Under the pieces are notes generated by a model that saw nothing but the letters and a program-made list of their open reading frames with translations, had not been told where the DNA came from and did no database searches. Shown piece after piece: positions 61,075 through 64,000 of a stretch of 64,000 nt of DNA; within the stretch, counting starts at the first letter, position 1; each line of letters begins with the position of its first letter. Position numbers and translations under genes: made by a program. The stretch comes from Candidatus Bathyarchaeia archaeon (lineage in GTDB: Archaea; Thermoproteota; Bathyarchaeia; Bathyarchaeales; Bathycorpusculaceae). Location of the stretch: contig JBEKXL010000001.1 in the NCBI GenBank assembly GCA_049512075.1, forward strand, positions 224,001 to 288,000, in the 5' to 3' direction.

Positions 61075-62415
61075 ATGATCGTTGATGAACTATCATTTGC
61101 ATTTTCAGGAGAAAGGGTTGAATTGTTAAAGCCCATCCATCAATTAGACGAAGCAACTTGTCCCATATGCGGAAACAAAGTACTGCGAAATGAACTAGAA
61201 ATAGCTGAATCCAACATGAAGTTTCTTCAGGAATGCTCTGCAGAAGGCACTTTAGATGAAGCGTTCACCATTTTACGCATTATATGTGAAAAAGTTCCGG
61301 GAATCACCCTTGAAGTTTCAAACAAGTCAGCCCTTGACGAGTATTTCAAGAAAATCCAAGAAGAAATTGCTCGTGTGGTCATAAATCCAACTGCAACGTT
61401 CGTTAGCAATGCAAATCAGGTTATGGGACGATTGTCTGAGTTGATAGATAAAGTTCCATTAGGCATCAGAAACGAATTCCTAGAAATAAAGAGAGAACTC
61501 GCCGGGAAATTAGAGAGCTTGGAGAAAAACTCGACTGAAACTCCTTTGACGATTTTCAACCAGATGTTCAACCCACTAACGGAAAAACTTGGGCGGCTCA
61601 TAGAAAAGCTTCCTAAGGACATTAGAGAAGAATTTAAAGAAGTTAAGACGGATCTTCAAGAGGAACTAGTCGAAATCAAGAGCAACGCGGAAAAATCCAA
61701 CACCGCAGTTGGCAGTGAAGTCAAGGAACTTCGTGACAGCATAAACAGTTTAATCAACAAGCCTTCGGTTCTTGGTCGTGCCGGAGAAAGCGTTCTTGTA
61801 GAATCCTGGGGGGTTCAATTTGCACAAGACGTCGTAGATCAGAAAGGAGGACCAGGAGAACCTGACGCGTTGGTAATTCCATACTTGGGCATGAACGGTG
61901 GTGAATATGGGCGGAAAATCTCCTTGGAACGAAAAGCCGGAGGTCAGAAGTATTCAGGAAAACACGTTGAAGAAGTATGTCGACACGCACGGAAGTATGG
62001 AGCTTCCCAGGCAATGTTGATTTACGACAGCAGGGCAAACTTGCCAAGCGAATTTCCTCCAATAAAGGTGCTATTCAGGCCACAACAAAAACTAACTATA
62101 GCAGTAGCGTGCCTTGATGAAAGATCTTGGGTGACTGCGAGGGAGATACTGGAAGTCCTCCAAATTGTAACGCCTCCTGACGAGAAAACTGAGAATAGTA
62201 TTGACTTGACCGGGTTAGACAAGGCCATCGCGGATATACATGCTGTCAACGCAATCATCGACAAATTGAGAAAGACGAACAATGCTGCATTGAGAAACTG
62301 TGAAGGAACGCGAACATGCATAGAAGAGCTGGAAGGGTCAATATTAAGCTATCAGAATAGACTTCGAAAAATCCTCGAAAAAGAAATTGTGGAAGTGATT
62401 TCGGTTGACCGCTAA
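61075..62415 (+). CDS. Coiled-coil + PD-(D/E)xK protein (RmuC/DUF2130-like)
   Basis: CPIC, long coiled coil, GRAGE...EPDALV...LERK. Confidence 0.65.
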   Translation: MIVDELSFAFSGERVELLKPIHQLDEATCPICGNKVLRNELEIAESNMKFLQECSAEGTLDEAFTILRIICEKVPGITLEVSNKSALDEYFKKIQEEIARVVINPTATFVSNANQVMGRLSELIDKVPLGIRNEFLEIKRELAGKLESLEKNSTETPLTIFNQMFNPLTEKLGRLIEKLPKDIREEFKEVKTDLQEELVEIKSNAEKSNTAVGSEVKELRDSINSLINKPSVLGRAGESVLVESWGVQFAQDVVDQKGGPGEPDALVIPYLGMNGGEYGRKISLERKAGGQKYSGKHVEEVCRHARKYGASQAMLIYDSRANLPSEFPPIKVLFRPQQKLTIAVACLDERSWVTAREILEVLQIVTPPDEKTENSIDLTGLDKAIADIHAVNAIIDKLRKTNNAALRNCEGTRTCIEELEGSILSYQNRLRKILEKEIVEVISVDR

Positions 62416-63596
62416 ACAGAGGGGTTTACGAAGGTTTTGATGAATAGCGCGCGCATGACGCGCGCGCGGGCGACAGTAGGAGATATCATAAATATATCAA
62501 ATGTTTCTGTTCCACGCCGAAGAATTTTCAGGTCACCTTTCGATAGCAGATTTGGGCATTTAAGATGTGTATCTACGAATATGATGTTTTCTCGATTCAA
62601 TATGTTACCTCCTCATAGCAAGCAGATTCAATATTGAAACAATCATATTTGTAGATGCTTTTTCCGCTCAAGAACACGCCCGTTGTGCTTACTTGAGTTT
62701 ATTCAATTCTCAGAATTAATCGGACTAGTGCACCTGAAAAATGAGCTTGTCTAAAAGGACATGCTGCCCCTATTTCATCGTGATCCAGGCAGGGCATTTG
62801 AACAACATCTTAACTTGATCGCAAGCTAAATTTTGACAAACTAAGGTTACTATGACAATAAAGCGATTATTTCTTTCAGGACCGATTTGAGTTCAGCGAT
62901 TGCTGAGATTAAAGCCACTTTCTCTGATTCTTCAGTAGAAGGATTGGACAATGTACCTCTTGCTTCTTTTGGTTTAGGTGCTTTTTTCATTCGTTGCTAA
63001 ACTCCACTTCGTTAGCTTTATAGAGCGAACTTTGCATTCAGTTAGATTCAGGAATTTGAAACGGTTTGTGTAGGAATGGCATGACGCAATCCTATTTGTG
63101 TGTATATGTTTATATGCCTATATGAGTTATCTGCCTTATAAGTTTTACCTTAAATTGCCACTTTACTCAATTCACTTTCGAGTCCTTTACTGCCTGTTTT
63201 CTTGGCAAAAATAATGTTTGCACTAATTAGCGCCCCCAGAATCCAGAAGTGCAAATTATGTTCGCATTTGCTGGAAGCTTCATTTGTCGAGCAACTTTCT
63301 GAAGGAATATAACAATGCTACTCTTAGGCGGGACGTTAACAACTTGACTCCTAAAGAGGACTTCCATTCGGAAAAAGGTAAATAACCACCAAGTAGCGCG
63401 CATGCCTTTTCCGAAAATGGTCAAAAATGGTTTTAATTTCGTTTCTAGATTCCAGAAGCCAGTCGCCACTAAAAACATGGACCTCTGAGAAGTTCGACAA
63501 TGCTTCCAAAACCCAAAAAAGAATATAAACCATTTTTGGCCAATTTAGGAACACACATGCGCGCTATTAATTAGAATTTGATGGCTTCAAAAAAAC

Positions 63597-64000
63597 TCAA
63601 TTTGAACTAGCCGTTCTTAGCTTGGTTTCTATTTCTTCAACGCGTTTAAGCAAAGTTTCTATAACGGGCTTTAAGAGTTCAGTTCTTTGAATCTTATTTT
63701 TGAGTTCTGCCATTTCCTTGTTTTTGTCTTCAATTACTCGACTAATTTCCAAATCCCTTTGCTCCAAGCGAGCTTTTAATTCTGCAATCTCATTTTTCGC
63801 AAGGCCTGCTTCTTCTTTGCAGCCATTCATTGCCAAGAAAGGATACGCCTTTTTCATAGCTTCGACTACAGAAATGACTAGCCTATTGTGACCACCGTAC
63901 TGATGTTCAATATCTGACGTGTGGCCCATGATTGCCTCTTTTATTTTGTGGTTAACATTTGCCTCAACAAGGGAATCCTCACATCCATCCCTTAGCGAAG
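63597..64000 (-). CDS. Tyrosine recombinase/integrase, C-terminal part (5'-partial)
   Basis: Translation from the window edge: SLRDGCEDSL...EAIMGHTSDIEHQY (xLR, MGH, catalytic Tyr) plus a coiled-coil tail. Confidence 0.8.
   Translation of the reverse strand, partial: SLRDGCEDSLVEANVNHKIKEAIMGHTSDIEHQYGGHNRLVISVVEAMKKAYPFLAMNGCKEEAGLAKNEIAELKARLEQRDLEISRVIEDKNKEMAELKNKIQRTELLKPVIETLLKRVEEIETKLRTASSN

Noticed and set aside
12556-62468. Classical integron attC cassette array
   Set aside because: No RYYYAAC/GTTRRRY-bounded hairpins were seen, gene orientation is mixed, and junctions cut inside genes.

Overview
Archaeal chromosome segment; gene repertoire and style suggest Bathyarchaeia/TACK (inference). 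Positions ~1-11.1 kb are housekeeping DNA: RimK-like ligase, MDH, two deoxyhypusine-synthase paralogs, argS, an HDAC-family protein and an ABC-2 exporter. From a composite tRNA-3'-end structure at 11180-11309 to the window end lies a >52 kb mosaic accessory/defence island. It carries a type I R-M system, a PaeR7I-like type II R-M pair, an McrBC-like locus, a SNF2-YqhG-Mrr operon, PIN-GNAT-ASCH genes, HNH/HEPN/PD-(D/E)xK proteins, IS fragments, a MITE and the C-terminus of a tyrosine recombinase. Three signals stand out. (1) About two dozen perfect (GC)n tracts of >=8 nt sit at module junctions, at the exact truncation points of gene fragments, and in one case at a frameshift inside an otherwise contiguous gene; this looks like the scar of an unusual DNA joining/repair process. 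(2) A dispersed 28-bp 11-6-11 palindrome built from two inverted tRNA T-arm sequences may be a tyrosine-recombinase site. (3) An McrB GTPase appears split after Walker A, with two alternative P-loop-bearing sensor proteins and one shared AAA+ body. All family calls are by-eye motif recognition, not database results.
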